A stretch of 64,000 bases of DNA, taken from contig JBEUKZ010000057.1 in NCBI GenBank assembly GCA_048128005.1, positions 1 through 64,000 of the forward strand, given 5' to 3'. This DNA comes from Veleropilina oligotropha. Its lineage: Eukaryota. Of the stretch, positions 63,850-64,000 are shown in pieces; position 1 is the first letter of the stretch; each line of letters opens with the position of its first letter. The translations under genes were made by a program, and so were the position numbers. Under the pieces are notes generated by a model, which saw only the letters and a program-made list of their open reading frames with translations, was not told where the DNA came from and made no database searches.

Positions 63850-64000
63850 GGGTTTCTTTGTTAAGTTATCAGTCCCAATAATTTTTGTCATATGCTGGCC
63901 AGAGCGGGCAGGTTTTCCCGGGTAAACGGGCCTTACCTCCCAGGATAATATGAACATGTCCAGGATAACATGTCCAGGATAATATGAACATGTCCTAGTA
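63850..64000 (+). mobile_element. Family A SINE fragment with a nascent internal duplication, cut by the window end
   Basis: AGAGCGGGCAGGTTTTCCCGGGTAAACGGGCC core; CCAGGATAA(TATGAA)CATGT repeated three times at 63940-63995. Confidence 0.65.

Overview
Eukaryotic (animal, probably lophotrochozoan/mollusc-like) genomic DNA. The + strand carries a spliced PSTPIP1/Cdc15-family F-BAR + SH3 gene. Twelve coding exons between 10308 and 57541 were reconstructed by hand; all have GT-AG borders and compatible phases and give 389 codons plus a stop. The short first exon was not found and probably lies upstream. Positions 1-~7830 are a degenerate DIRS1-type retrotransposon (gag-like, RT, RNase H, MT-like, tyrosine recombinase, ICR/right terminal repeat) interrupted by a TIR MITE with a 6-bp TSD. 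The introns also hold a Helentron/HINE-like element, a decayed DD37D (maT) Tc1/mariner element, MITEs and about ten tRNA-derived SINE copies of two families. Roughly 60% of the window is tandem repeat, including a 25.6-kb 48-mer array and a 6.7-kb 29-mer array. Two patterns stand out. (i) At least five different arrays (29, 32, 45, 48 and 57 bp) sit inside or at the edge of SINE copies, each amplifying a different SINE segment. (ii) Three splice sites of the gene are themselves tandemly amplified into decoy arrays. The long ORFs in the satellites are translation artefacts. All family assignments come from motif recognition; no database search was run.
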